Assembly (NCBI GenBank): GCA_965203555.1
Contig: CBDBCY010000004.1
Coordinates: forward strand, 1,504,001 to 1,568,000
Length of the DNA: 64,000 bases
DNA from: Acidimicrobiia bacterium
Lineage (GTDB): Bacteria; Actinomycetota; Acidimicrobiia; Spongiisociales; ZC4RG35
Direction: 5' to 3'
Within the stretch, counting starts at the first letter, position 1. Each line of letters starts with the position of its first letter. Positions 28,753 through 37,534 of the stretch are shown in pieces. The position numbers and the translations under genes were made by a program. The notes below the pieces were generated by a model. That model was given only the letters and a program-made list of their open reading frames with translations, searched no databases and had not been told where the DNA came from.

Positions 28753-29559
28753 ATGACCACCGCCCGGCACTCTCCCTCCCGTCTCCGCTCCTCCACCTAC
28801 CGGCTACTCGCCCCGGTGGTGGTATTCATGGCGGTGGTGGGCATTTGGTATGCCATCAGTCTGAGCCTTGACCCTGATCGGCAGTTCCTGCTTCCCGCTC
28901 CGCATGAGGTCGTCGATGTCGGCTTTGTCAATCAGAACAATCTGTTCCAGGTACTGGAGGGGCTGCTGTGGACGGTGGCGGTTTCCATGACGGGTTTGAT
29001 CATCGCCATCGTGCTCGGGATGACCTCCGCCATCATGATGAGTCAGGCCAAGTGGATAGAGACCTCCTTCTATCCCTACGCGGTGATCATTCAGACCGTG
29101 CCGATTCTGGCCATCGTTCCCCTGGTTGGTCTCTGGCTCGGATTCGGGTTCACCAGCCGGGTGGTCGTGTGTGTGATCATTTCCATCTTCCCGATCATCA
29201 CCAACACTCTGTTCGGTCTGCAATCGGTCCCCGCCTCGTTTCACGACCTCTTCACCCTGCACCGGGCAAACCGGCTGACCCGTCTGTTCAAGCTGCAGTT
29301 CCCCAATGCCCTTCCAGCCATTTTCACCGGGTTCCGCATTTCCGCCGGCCTGTCGGTGATCGGCGCCATAGTGGGCGAATTTTTCTTCCGAAAAGGAATA
29401 CCCGGATTGGGGAGACTGCTCGATCTCTACCGGGCGAGATTGCTCACCGAGCAACTCTTCACCGCCCTGGTGTTCTCGTCCCTGTTGGGCATCCTAGTCT
29501 TTTGGGGATTCGGATTCCTGGGCAGGTTGGCGGTGGGCAAGTGGCACGAAACCACCTGA
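28753..29559 (+). CDS. NitT/TauT-type ABC transporter permease
   Basis: Motifs LPAP, QTVPILAIVP, PNALPAIFTG, GAIVGEF, GLG; six TM segments. Confidence 0.92.
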   Translation: MTTARHSPSRLRSSTYRLLAPVVVFMAVVGIWYAISLSLDPDRQFLLPAPHEVVDVGFVNQNNLFQVLEGLLWTVAVSMTGLIIAIVLGMTSAIMMSQAKWIETSFYPYAVIIQTVPILAIVPLVGLWLGFGFTSRVVVCVIISIFPIITNTLFGLQSVPASFHDLFTLHRANRLTRLFKLQFPNALPAIFTGFRISAGLSVIGAIVGEFFFRKGIPGLGRLLDLYRARLLTEQLFTALVFSSLLGILVFWGFGFLGRLAVGKWHETT

Positions 29560-29637
29560 ATCCAGTGTCGGACAACCTCACATCACCCTCAAGAAAGCTA
29601 TGGAGATGACACGTTGTAAGGAAAGGAGAACCATCCA

Positions 29638-31896
29638 ATGAAAACAATGAAGGTACCGAGGTGGCTGGCCGCCTTGGCTGTGCTGGCCCTGGTGGTCGCG
29701 GCATGCGGCGACGGCGATGACGACGCCGCTCCGGAGACCACGGCCGCGCCTACGGAAACAACCGCTGCCGCTCCGGAGACCACGGCCGCGCCTACGGAAA
29801 CAACCGAGGCTGCCATGCCGGATGTGTCTCTGGCTGAGGTTTGTCCCTCCACGATCGTGGTGCAGACCGACTGGTTCCCCGAGGCCGAGCACTCGGAGTT
29901 GTACCAGTTGGCCGGCCCCGGCGGTGTGATCGATTCCACCAACGGGACCTACACCAACGAGATCGGCGACACGGGCGTGATGCTGGAGGTCCGGGCCGGC
30001 GGCCCCTACATCGGCTTCCAGAACGACATCTCGCTGCTCTACCAGGACTCCTCGATCCACTTGGCGTACACCAACACCGACGAGCAGGTGAGACTGTTCG
30101 CCACCCAACCCACCCTCGGTATCGTCGCCCCTCGCGACAAGAACCCACAAATCGTGATGTGGGACCCGGCCTTGTACTCGTTCGACAGCTTTGCGGACAT
30201 CGGCGCGTCGGGCGCCACGCTTCTCTACTTCGAGGGCGCCACTTACATCGACTTCCTGTTGGGTAAAGGCTGGGTCACCGAAGACCAGATCGACGCCTCC
30301 TACGACGGGTCCCCCGCCCGGTTCATCGCCGAAGGCAACCTGGTCCAGCAGGGATTCGCCTCCGCCGAGCCCTACCAGTACGTGCACGAGTTCGAGGACT
30401 GGGGCAAGCCGGTCGACTTCATGCTGATCCACGACTCCGGTCTGGAGATGTACCCGCAGTTGCTGGCCTCCAAGCCCGACATCATCGAGGAATACCGGGA
30501 ATGTTGGGAACTGTTCGTGCCCATGGTGCAGCAGGCCCAGGTGGACTACGCCGCCGACCCGGCCGCCACCAACGCCCAGATCGTCGAGATCGTGGCCGCG
30601 CTCGACAGCTTCTGGACCTACAGCCCCGGAGTGGCGCAGTACTCCCACGACGCCCAACTCGAGCTCGGGCTGATCGGCAACGGACCCAACGACACCATCG
30701 GCGACTTCGACATGGACCGTGTGAACGCGGTGATTGCGCTGCTCGACCCGATCTACAGCCCGCAGGGACTGGAGACCTACGACCCGAACGTGACCGCCAC
30801 CGACATCGTCACCAACGAATTCATCGATCCCAGCATCGGACTCCCCTCGATGGACATGGACATGACCATGGCCTCTCTGGCTGATGTGTGCCCGAGCACG
30901 ATCGTCGTGCAGACCGACTGGTTCCCCGAGGCCGAGCACTCGGAGTTGTACCAGTTGGCCGGCCCCGGCGGTGTGATCGATTCCACCAACGGGACCTACA
31001 CCAACGAGATCGGCGACACGGGCGTGATGCTGGAGGTCCGGGCCGGCGGCCCCTACATCGGCTTCCAGAACGACATCTCGCTGCTCTACCAGGACTCCTC
31101 GATCCACTTGGCGTACACCAACACCGACGAGCAGGTGAGACTGTTCGCCACCCAACCCACCCTCGGTATCGTGGCGCCTCGCGACAAGAACCCACAAATC
31201 GTGATGTGGGACCCTGAGGTCTACTCCTTTGAGTCCTTCGCTGATATCGGCGCGTCGGGCGCCACGCTTCTCTACTTCGAGGGCGCCACTTACATCGACT
31301 TCCTGTTGGGTAAAGGCTGGGTCACCGAAGACCAGATCGACGCCTCCTATGACGGGTCTCCCGCCCGGTTCATCGCCGAGGGCAACCTGGTCCAGCAGGG
31401 ATTCGCCTCCGCCGAGCCCTACCAGTACGTGCACGAGTTCGAGGACTGGGGCAAGCCGGTCGACTTCATGCTGATCCACGACTCCGGTCTGGAGATGTAC
31501 CCGCAGTTGCTGGCCTCCAAGCCCGACATCATCGAGGGATACCGGGAATGTTGGGAACTGTTCGTGCCCATGGTGCAGCAGGCCCAGGTGGACTACGCCG
31601 CCGACCCGGCCGCCACCAACGCCCAGATCGTCGAGATCGTGGCCGCGCTGGAGAGCTTCTGGACCTACAGCCCCGGAGTGGCGCAGTACTCTCACGACGC
31701 CCAACTCGAGCTCGGGTTGGTCAGCAACGGTCCCAACGACACCATCGGCGACTTCGACATGGACCGTGTGAACGCGGTGATTGCGCTGCTCGACCCGATC
31801 TACAGCCCGCAGGGACTGGAGACCTACGATCCGAACGTGACCGCCACCGACATCGTCACCAACGAATTCATCGATCCCAGCATCGGACTGCCGTAG
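29638..31896 (+). CDS. ABC substrate-binding lipoprotein (NMT1/THI5-like) with two tandem binding domains
   Basis: Lipobox VAAC, PETTAA linker, and QTDWFPEAEH...GGP domain present twice; strong SD (AAGGAG). Confidence 0.88.
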   Translation: MKTMKVPRWLAALAVLALVVAACGDGDDDAAPETTAAPTETTAAAPETTAAPTETTEAAMPDVSLAEVCPSTIVVQTDWFPEAEHSELYQLAGPGGVIDSTNGTYTNEIGDTGVMLEVRAGGPYIGFQNDISLLYQDSSIHLAYTNTDEQVRLFATQPTLGIVAPRDKNPQIVMWDPALYSFDSFADIGASGATLLYFEGATYIDFLLGKGWVTEDQIDASYDGSPARFIAEGNLVQQGFASAEPYQYVHEFEDWGKPVDFMLIHDSGLEMYPQLLASKPDIIEEYRECWELFVPMVQQAQVDYAADPAATNAQIVEIVAALDSFWTYSPGVAQYSHDAQLELGLIGNGPNDTIGDFDMDRVNAVIALLDPIYSPQGLETYDPNVTATDIVTNEFIDPSIGLPSMDMDMTMASLADVCPSTIVVQTDWFPEAEHSELYQLAGPGGVIDSTNGTYTNEIGDTGVMLEVRAGGPYIGFQNDISLLYQDSSIHLAYTNTDEQVRLFATQPTLGIVAPRDKNPQIVMWDPEVYSFESFADIGASGATLLYFEGATYIDFLLGKGWVTEDQIDASYDGSPARFIAEGNLVQQGFASAEPYQYVHEFEDWGKPVDFMLIHDSGLEMYPQLLASKPDIIEGYRECWELFVPMVQQAQVDYAADPAATNAQIVEIVAALESFWTYSPGVAQYSHDAQLELGLVSNGPNDTIGDFDMDRVNAVIALLDPIYSPQGLETYDPNVTATDIVTNEFIDPSIGLP
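29725..29806. repeat. 42-bp tandem repeat x2 in the lipoprotein linker
   Basis: GCCGCTCCGGAGACCACGGCCGCGCCTACGGAAACAACCG at 29725 and 29767. Confidence 0.9.
29827..31893. repeat. Intragenic direct repeat, 2 x 1020 bp, period 1047 bp
   Basis: 29827-30846 and 30874-31893 are nearly identical at the nucleotide level. Confidence 0.97.
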
Positions 31897-31920
31897 CCGG
31901 GAACGAGAGACCGCATGCAG

Positions 31921-31956
31921 AGAAGGGGCTCCATCCGGAGCCCCTTCTTCTTGGTT
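31921..31956. terminator. Intrinsic terminator between convergent genes
   Basis: 12-bp perfect stem AGAAGGGGCTCC-atcc-GGAGCCCCTTCT followed by TCTTGGTT. Confidence 0.8.
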
Positions 31957-31981
31957 CAACAGGTTTCAGACAGCGGCTGGA

Positions 31982-32761
31982 TCAACCGTTCCTCGAGTCA
32001 CGCCAGGCCACCCACTCCTCCAAAGCAGTGAGGTCGTAGTCAGGGCCGACCGTCGGGACCACCAGGAACGTGGTACCGGTGGCAACGTAATCGTCTCCCA
32101 TCGCGACCGCAGAACCCTCCACGTTGCATGATCTCTCGATGCTGTCCGGATCCCTCTCCTCCACCTCGCACCACCGGTCGATAACCGAGTTCTTGTGCGC
32201 CATGGTGTCGGGACTTCCGAACCCGTGCCAGATATCGGCGTGCCGGGCTGTCAACCTGAGGGTCTTCTTCTCTCCCATCCCTCCTATCAGAATGGGGATC
32301 CTGCGGGTCGGCAGCGGATTGAGCTTCTTCAACCGGGCTTCGATTCTGGGAAGGGCGGCGGCGAGGTCGGCGAGGCGGCTTCCCGCCGTGCCGAACCGGT
32401 ATCCGTAGGAGTCATAGTCCCAACGGAACCAACCCGACCCGATGCCCAGAATCAGGCGGCCTCCCGAAATGTGGTCCACGGTGCGGGCCATGTCAGCCAA
32501 CAGATCCGGGTTCCGGTACGAGTTGCAGGTGACAAGCGCCCCGATCTCCACCCGGGAAGTGGACTCCCCCCATGCGCCGAGCATCGTCCAGCATTCGAAG
32601 TGCTTTCCCCTGGCGTCGCCGTACAGTGGAAAAAAGTGGTCCCAGTTGAAGACCACATCGGCGCCGATCTCCTCCGCTCTCTGCGCCGCCGAGCGGATCG
32701 CCGAATATTCAGCATGCTGGGGCTGTAACTGCAGGCCGATTCTGACCGGATATTTGCTCAT
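31982..32761 (-). CDS. LLM-class F420-dependent oxidoreductase
   Basis: Motifs WDHFFPL, ECWT, YRNPDLLADMARTVDHISGGRLILGIGSGW, IGGMGEKKTL. Confidence 0.92.
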   Translation of the reverse strand: MSKYPVRIGLQLQPQHAEYSAIRSAAQRAEEIGADVVFNWDHFFPLYGDARGKHFECWTMLGAWGESTSRVEIGALVTCNSYRNPDLLADMARTVDHISGGRLILGIGSGWFRWDYDSYGYRFGTAGSRLADLAAALPRIEARLKKLNPLPTRRIPILIGGMGEKKTLRLTARHADIWHGFGSPDTMAHKNSVIDRWCEVEERDPDSIERSCNVEGSAVAMGDDYVATGTTFLVVPTVGPDYDLTALEEWVAWRDSRNG

Positions 32762-32803
32762 ATTTCTCCTCTTGGTTCTGGTTACCCGTACCCTAATCGA
32801 CCG

Positions 32804-33937
32804 TCAGCCAAGGTTCTCCGCAGTGTTGTGAGCAAGGGTGTCCACCACCTGGATCAGAGCCTCCTCCTGGCTGGCGCCACTGTGAAGCGCCCGGCGAAAC
32901 ACCCATAACTGTTGCTCCGCGGATGTGCCGTTCATCACTATCTGGCGTATGTGCCGGAGCTCGTTCACACACCTCAATTCCTCGGCCTCCGGCATCAACA
33001 CCTCGATCAGCTCCTCCACCAACTCCGAGAAGGGAACCAGGCTGCGCCTTCCCAGGTCCAGGAGTGAACCCGTGGAGCCGTACCGTTGGGCCAGCCACAC
33101 GTTCTCCTCCAACAAAAACGGCAGATACGACCGCCACTTCTGGTTCTTGGTCTTCAACCGGTAGAGCATCCTGAGCAGGCATACGTACACGGTGGCCACC
33201 GCTATCGCATCATCGATCCTGGTGCAGATGTCGGTGACCCGCATCTCCAGTGTGGGATAGTTGCTGCTGGGTCTGATGTCCCACCACACCTCACTGGGGC
33301 TCTGGATGACACCCGCCCCGATCAGCACGTCGACGTGGCGTTGATATTCGCTCCAACCTTCAAACAGTTCCGGGTGGCGGGTGCGCGGCATCCCATGGCC
33401 GACATACAGGCGATAGCACTTCAGCCCGGTGTCCTTTCCTCCCCAAAAAGGCGAAGAGGTACTCAAGGCCAGCAGGTGAGCCAGAAAGTAGGAGACCTGA
33501 CCCATCAGATCGATTCTCAGATCCCGGTCCTCTATCCCCACATGGACATGCATCCCGCAGATCAACATCCGACGGGCCAGGGACTGCACCCTTCCTTCCA
33601 GCATCAAGTACCGTTCTCCGACTGATACTTTCTGCTCCCACCACTGGGCGAAGGGATGAGTGGAAGCGGCGATCACACCCATGCCGTATTCACCGGCCAC
33701 CTCGATCACGGTTCGACGCAGGTAGCGAAGATCCTCCCCCACTGCCTGGATAGAGGAATAGGGCCTGGTGCTCACCTCGATCTGGGACCGCAGGATCTCG
33801 TGGGTCACGCGTTCTCCCAGGAGTTCATGGCATCTTTCGAACATGTCCGGATCGGGATCTGAAATCAGGTTCCTTGTCTGCGGATCGATCAGCATGTACT
33901 CCTCTTCGATCCCCACCGTAAACGAGGGCCTGTCCAT
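32804..33937 (-). CDS. ybdK: Carboxylate-amine ligase / glutamate-cysteine ligase 2, copy 2
   Basis: Motifs TVGIEEE, STHPF, GMHVHVG, STSSPFW, WWDIRPS, TLEMRVTD. Confidence 0.92.
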   Translation of the reverse strand: MDRPSFTVGIEEEYMLIDPQTRNLISDPDPDMFERCHELLGERVTHEILRSQIEVSTRPYSSIQAVGEDLRYLRRTVIEVAGEYGMGVIAASTHPFAQWWEQKVSVGERYLMLEGRVQSLARRMLICGMHVHVGIEDRDLRIDLMGQVSYFLAHLLALSTSSPFWGGKDTGLKCYRLYVGHGMPRTRHPELFEGWSEYQRHVDVLIGAGVIQSPSEVWWDIRPSSNYPTLEMRVTDICTRIDDAIAVATVYVCLLRMLYRLKTKNQKWRSYLPFLLEENVWLAQRYGSTGSLLDLGRRSLVPFSELVEELIEVLMPEAEELRCVNELRHIRQIVMNGTSAEQQLWVFRRALHSGASQEEALIQVVDTLAHNTAENLG

Positions 33938-34050
33938 GGCGTCGCTCCTTTCCTGATGCTTGTTAGCTGTGGAGAATATTCCCTGTCGGCCTCACAAACT
34001 CTCTGTAAGGCTCTTTAGTTTGGTACGCTCGGCGGCCGGGGAGAAGGCGG

Positions 34051-35190
34051 CTAGGCCAGGTTGGCAGCGGTGTTGGCGGCCAGCAGATCCACCACCTGTA
34101 GCAAGGCTTCCTGTTCAGTGGCCCCCCGGTTGAGGGCTCGCTGGAAGGCCCACAACTGATGTTCCGCCGAAGTCCCGTCCATCACAATGCGGCGGACATG
34201 CCGCAATTCGTTGACGCATCCCATCTCGTCAGCCTCCGGCGTCAGCAATTCGATCATCTCCTCCACCAGTTCCGAGAACGGGACCAGGCGCCTCTGGCCG
34301 AAGTCGATAAGCGATCCGGTCGAGCCGTATCGTTCGGCGCGCCAGACGTTCTCTTCCAGGAGGAACGTGGCGTAGGAGCGCCACTTCTGGTTGTCCGTTC
34401 GCAGTCGGAACAACATACTGAGCAGGCAAACATAAACCGCTGCCACCGCCAGGGCATCCTCGATCTTGGTGCACACGTCGGTGACTCGCATCTCCAAGGT
34501 GGGATAGCGGGCACTGGGACGTATATCCCACCAGATCTTGGTGGCGTCTTCGATGATGCCCAACCCGACCAGAACATCGACATGGCGCTGATAAGCGTTC
34601 CAACTGTCGAATACCTCCGGAAGCCCGGTCCGCGGCAGGGTGTGGAAGACATTGAGACGGTAGCTCTTCAAACCCGTGTCCTTCCCCGCCCAGAAGGGAG
34701 AAGAGGTGGAAAGTGCCAGTAGATGGGCCATGAAGTAGCTGACCTGTCCCATCAGGTCGATCCGCGTCTCCGGATCCTCGATTCCGACGTGAACGTGCAT
34801 TCCGCTGGTCACCAGGCGATGAGCGACAGCTTGCATGTCTCCGGTCAGCATCCGATAACGCTCGTCTGCCACCACCTGTTGTTCCCACCACTGAGCAAAG
34901 GGGTGAGTGGAAGAGGCGATTACCGCCATCCCGTATTCCCGGGCGGTGTTCACGACCGTTCTGCGAAGACGGCGAAGGTCCTCCCCCAGTTCGGAAAGGG
35001 TGTGACACGGCTTGGTGCTGATCTCGATCTGGGAGCGCAACAGCTCATGGGTAACCCGCTCTCCCAACAGTTCCCTGCACCTATCGAACATTGCCGGGTC
35101 GGGATCGGAAATCAAGTTTCTCGTCTCGGGATCGACCAGCATGAACTCCTCTTCGATTCCCATTGTGAATGAAGGTCGTTGTAGGGTCAT
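34051..35190 (-). CDS. ybdK: Carboxylate-amine ligase / glutamate-cysteine ligase 2, copy 1
   Basis: Same GCS2 motifs; ATG 35190 follows a GGAGG SD. Confidence 0.92.
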   Translation of the reverse strand: MTLQRPSFTMGIEEEFMLVDPETRNLISDPDPAMFDRCRELLGERVTHELLRSQIEISTKPCHTLSELGEDLRRLRRTVVNTAREYGMAVIASSTHPFAQWWEQQVVADERYRMLTGDMQAVAHRLVTSGMHVHVGIEDPETRIDLMGQVSYFMAHLLALSTSSPFWAGKDTGLKSYRLNVFHTLPRTGLPEVFDSWNAYQRHVDVLVGLGIIEDATKIWWDIRPSARYPTLEMRVTDVCTKIEDALAVAAVYVCLLSMLFRLRTDNQKWRSYATFLLEENVWRAERYGSTGSLIDFGQRRLVPFSELVEEMIELLTPEADEMGCVNELRHVRRIVMDGTSAEHQLWAFQRALNRGATEQEALLQVVDLLAANTAANLA

Positions 35191-35328
35191 ATTGCCCTCC
35201 TGGGTCTCAATGCCAGTGAGCATATCGGGTCCACCCGGTCATCGGGATGAACAAAGTGCTTTCCCGGGGTGAATTGCGTGAGAGTCACCCTATCGGGGCG
35301 CATTCGGGTCAGGTTTAGAATCTCGGGC

Positions 35329-36258
35329 GTGATCCCGTATCTTGACAAAGCCGCCCTGGCGAAGCTGGCCCCCTATGGCCGGCTGGCCGAACACCTCTAC
35401 CAGAGCCACCTCGACCCCAAGGCCCATATCCGCAGGGTGGTGTATTCCCCGCCCCACGCCCAGCAGGTATTCATGGGACTCCCTGCCTGGCAACCGGGGG
35501 AGTCGTTGGGAGTAAAGCTCGTGACTGTCTTTCCCGAAAACCCGAGCACCAGGGGGATACCCTCCGTCCAGGCGGTCTACGTACTGTTCGACGGAAGCAA
35601 CGGCACACCCCTGGCGATCATGGACGGCACCGAACTCACCTATCGGAAGACCTCGGCCGATTCCGCCCTCGGCTCCCGCCTGCTGTCCAGGCCGGACAGC
35701 CGCACCCTGCTGATGGTGGGCGCCGGCGGCTTGGCGCCCCACTTGATTGCCGCTCACCGGGAGGTCCGGCCTTCCCTGGACCGGGTGCTGATCTGGAACC
35801 GTACCCGGTCGAAGGCCGCCGCGTTGGCTGCCGCGCTGGGTGCGGAGGTCGCCGATGACCTGAATGAGGCAATTGCGGTGGCTGACATCATCTCCACCGC
35901 CACCATGGCGCCCGAACCGTTGATCCCCGGAGACCTGCTCAGCCCGGGTACCCATCTTGATCTGGTGGGTGCTTTTCTCCCCCACTGCCGGGAGGTTGAC
36001 GACGAGGTCATCCGTCGCGCCGCCATCTTCGTGGACTCCAGGGACGCGGCGGTTGAAGAGTGCGGCGACCTGGTGATCCCGCTGGAATCCGGTCTGATCG
36101 CCGAACACGACATCCGGGCCGATCTCTTCCAACTGTGTCAGGGAGATCATCCGGGCCGACAGTACCCGACCCAGATCACTCTATTCGAAAACGGAGGCGG
36201 CGGTCACCTCGACCTGATGACAGCCACTTTCATCCTTCAGCAGAGCAAAGACTTCTGA
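35329..36258 (+). CDS. Ornithine cyclodeaminase/mu-crystallin family
   Basis: Motifs GVKLVTVFPEN, LTYRKTSA, GAGGLA, WNRT, HLDLVGAF..E.D. Start GTG 35329 is the likely one. Confidence 0.9.
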   Translation: MIPYLDKAALAKLAPYGRLAEHLYQSHLDPKAHIRRVVYSPPHAQQVFMGLPAWQPGESLGVKLVTVFPENPSTRGIPSVQAVYVLFDGSNGTPLAIMDGTELTYRKTSADSALGSRLLSRPDSRTLLMVGAGGLAPHLIAAHREVRPSLDRVLIWNRTRSKAAALAAALGAEVADDLNEAIAVADIISTATMAPEPLIPGDLLSPGTHLDLVGAFLPHCREVDDEVIRRAAIFVDSRDAAVEECGDLVIPLESGLIAEHDIRADLFQLCQGDHPGRQYPTQITLFENGGGGHLDLMTATFILQQSKDF

Positions 36259-36294
36259 AAGGACCTCGGGGGTCCGTTCAACCAGCGCAAGGCT

Positions 36295-36339
36295 TCACGC
36301 GGTCGCCAGATGGAGATCGGCTTCGTCGTCGGTGGTCAC
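36295..36339 (-). pseudogene. Probable HEPN toxin remnant
   Basis: GTG overlaps the MNT stop (GTGA) and reads MTTDDEADLHLATA*, resembling a HEPN first helix, then stops. Confidence 0.35.
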
Positions 36340-36731
36340 AGCACCCTGACGGCATCCCGGCGGACGCTGCGGTAGAAGGTAGTATCCCAGGATCGCATCT
36401 GCTCGGTGGCACCCCGGCGAAGTGAGATCATGTCCTGGGTGATGTACTCGAAACGCCTTATCAGTGCCTCTCGCAGTTCGGGCAGGTATCTCCACCTCTT
36501 GGGACGAGGATCGTCATCATCCGACAGCAGTATCAGGAGATCCAGATCCGAATCCGCCCTCCAGTCCCCCCTCGCCCTGGATCCGAACATCCACACCTCT
36601 TCCAACTGCTCCCCGTAAACTTCCTTCGCCACCCGGGCCACGCTCCGGGCCGCTGACAGGGCGGCCTCGGCCGTCGGCCAAGGGTCGGTTCCCTCGGCGG
36701 GGGGCGCCTCAGTCACACCTGGCAGGACCAT
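36336..36731 (-). CDS. Minimal nucleotidyltransferase (MNT) domain protein
   Basis: MFGSRARGDWRADSDLDLL (GS-x10-DxD motif). Confidence 0.88.
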   Translation of the reverse strand: MVLPGVTEAPPAEGTDPWPTAEAALSAARSVARVAKEVYGEQLEEVWMFGSRARGDWRADSDLDLLILLSDDDDPRPKRWRYLPELREALIRRFEYITQDMISLRRGATEQMRSWDTTFYRSVRRDAVRVL

Positions 36732-36840
36732 ACATCTCTTGAGAATACAAGCGGCGCCGGCTTCTCTCCGAGAGAGCGCCGGGCCACCTGGTCGGCTGCT
36801 ATGTCCGACCGTCGACGCCCCGTGTCCTCCCGGGGAGGTT

Positions 36841-37503
36841 TCATGGCGGGTAGCCCGGAACGTCCTCTGTTCCCGGCAGAGTTGCATCCACGGTCTCCTC
36901 ACCGGCCCGGCGGCGGGACCGCTCCGCCTCCTCCCTCACCCAGCAGCCGTCAACGTGATCATTGACCAATCCCATGGCCTGCATGAAGGCATAGCAGGTG
37001 GTGGGACCCACGAATGTCCAGCCCCGACGACGGAGATCTTTGGCCAGGGAGGTGGAAGCCTCGGTGGTGGCCGGAGGGACAGCCCGCAGAGGAGGCGATT
37101 CGAAGTCCGCCCACTGCCAGAAATAGGCGGCCAGCGACCCGTGGGAGGCCGCCAACTGCAAGGCGCGGGCCGCATTGTTGATGGTCGAACGAATCTTTCC
37201 CCGATGTCGGATGATCCCGGCGTCGGTCACCAGCCGGTCGACGTCCTTCCGGCCGAACTGCGCCACCAACTCCGGGTCGAACCCCCCGAATGCCTTCCGG
37301 AAGTTGTCTCTTTTGCGCAGCACCGTCAGCCAGGAGAGACCGGCCTGGAAGCCCTCCAGACAGATCTTCTCAAAAAGCCGATGGTCATCAACCGTCCCAA
37401 AGCCCCACTCCCGATCGTGATAGCGGCGGTATTCGGCAGGATCGAGCCCCCACCAGCATCGGGTCTCCCCATCAGGACCCCGTACCAGTAAACCGGCGTC
37501 CAT
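36841..37503 (-). CDS. tag: DNA-3-methyladenine glycosylase I
   Basis: Motifs RCWW, YHDREWG, LEGFQAGLSW, IIRHRGKI, FVGPTTCYAFMQAMGLVNDH...C. Confidence 0.95.
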   Translation of the reverse strand: MDAGLLVRGPDGETRCWWGLDPAEYRRYHDREWGFGTVDDHRLFEKICLEGFQAGLSWLTVLRKRDNFRKAFGGFDPELVAQFGRKDVDRLVTDAGIIRHRGKIRSTINNAARALQLAASHGSLAAYFWQWADFESPPLRAVPPATTEASTSLAKDLRRRGWTFVGPTTCYAFMQAMGLVNDHVDGCWVREEAERSRRRAGEETVDATLPGTEDVPGYPP

Positions 37504-37534
37504 CCCGACCGGGCGCCTATCGGTGGAAGATGCT

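Noticed and set aside
29578-31959. 793-aa minus-strand ORF
   Set aside because: Antisense shadow of the strongly codon-biased SBP gene; no recognisable motifs.
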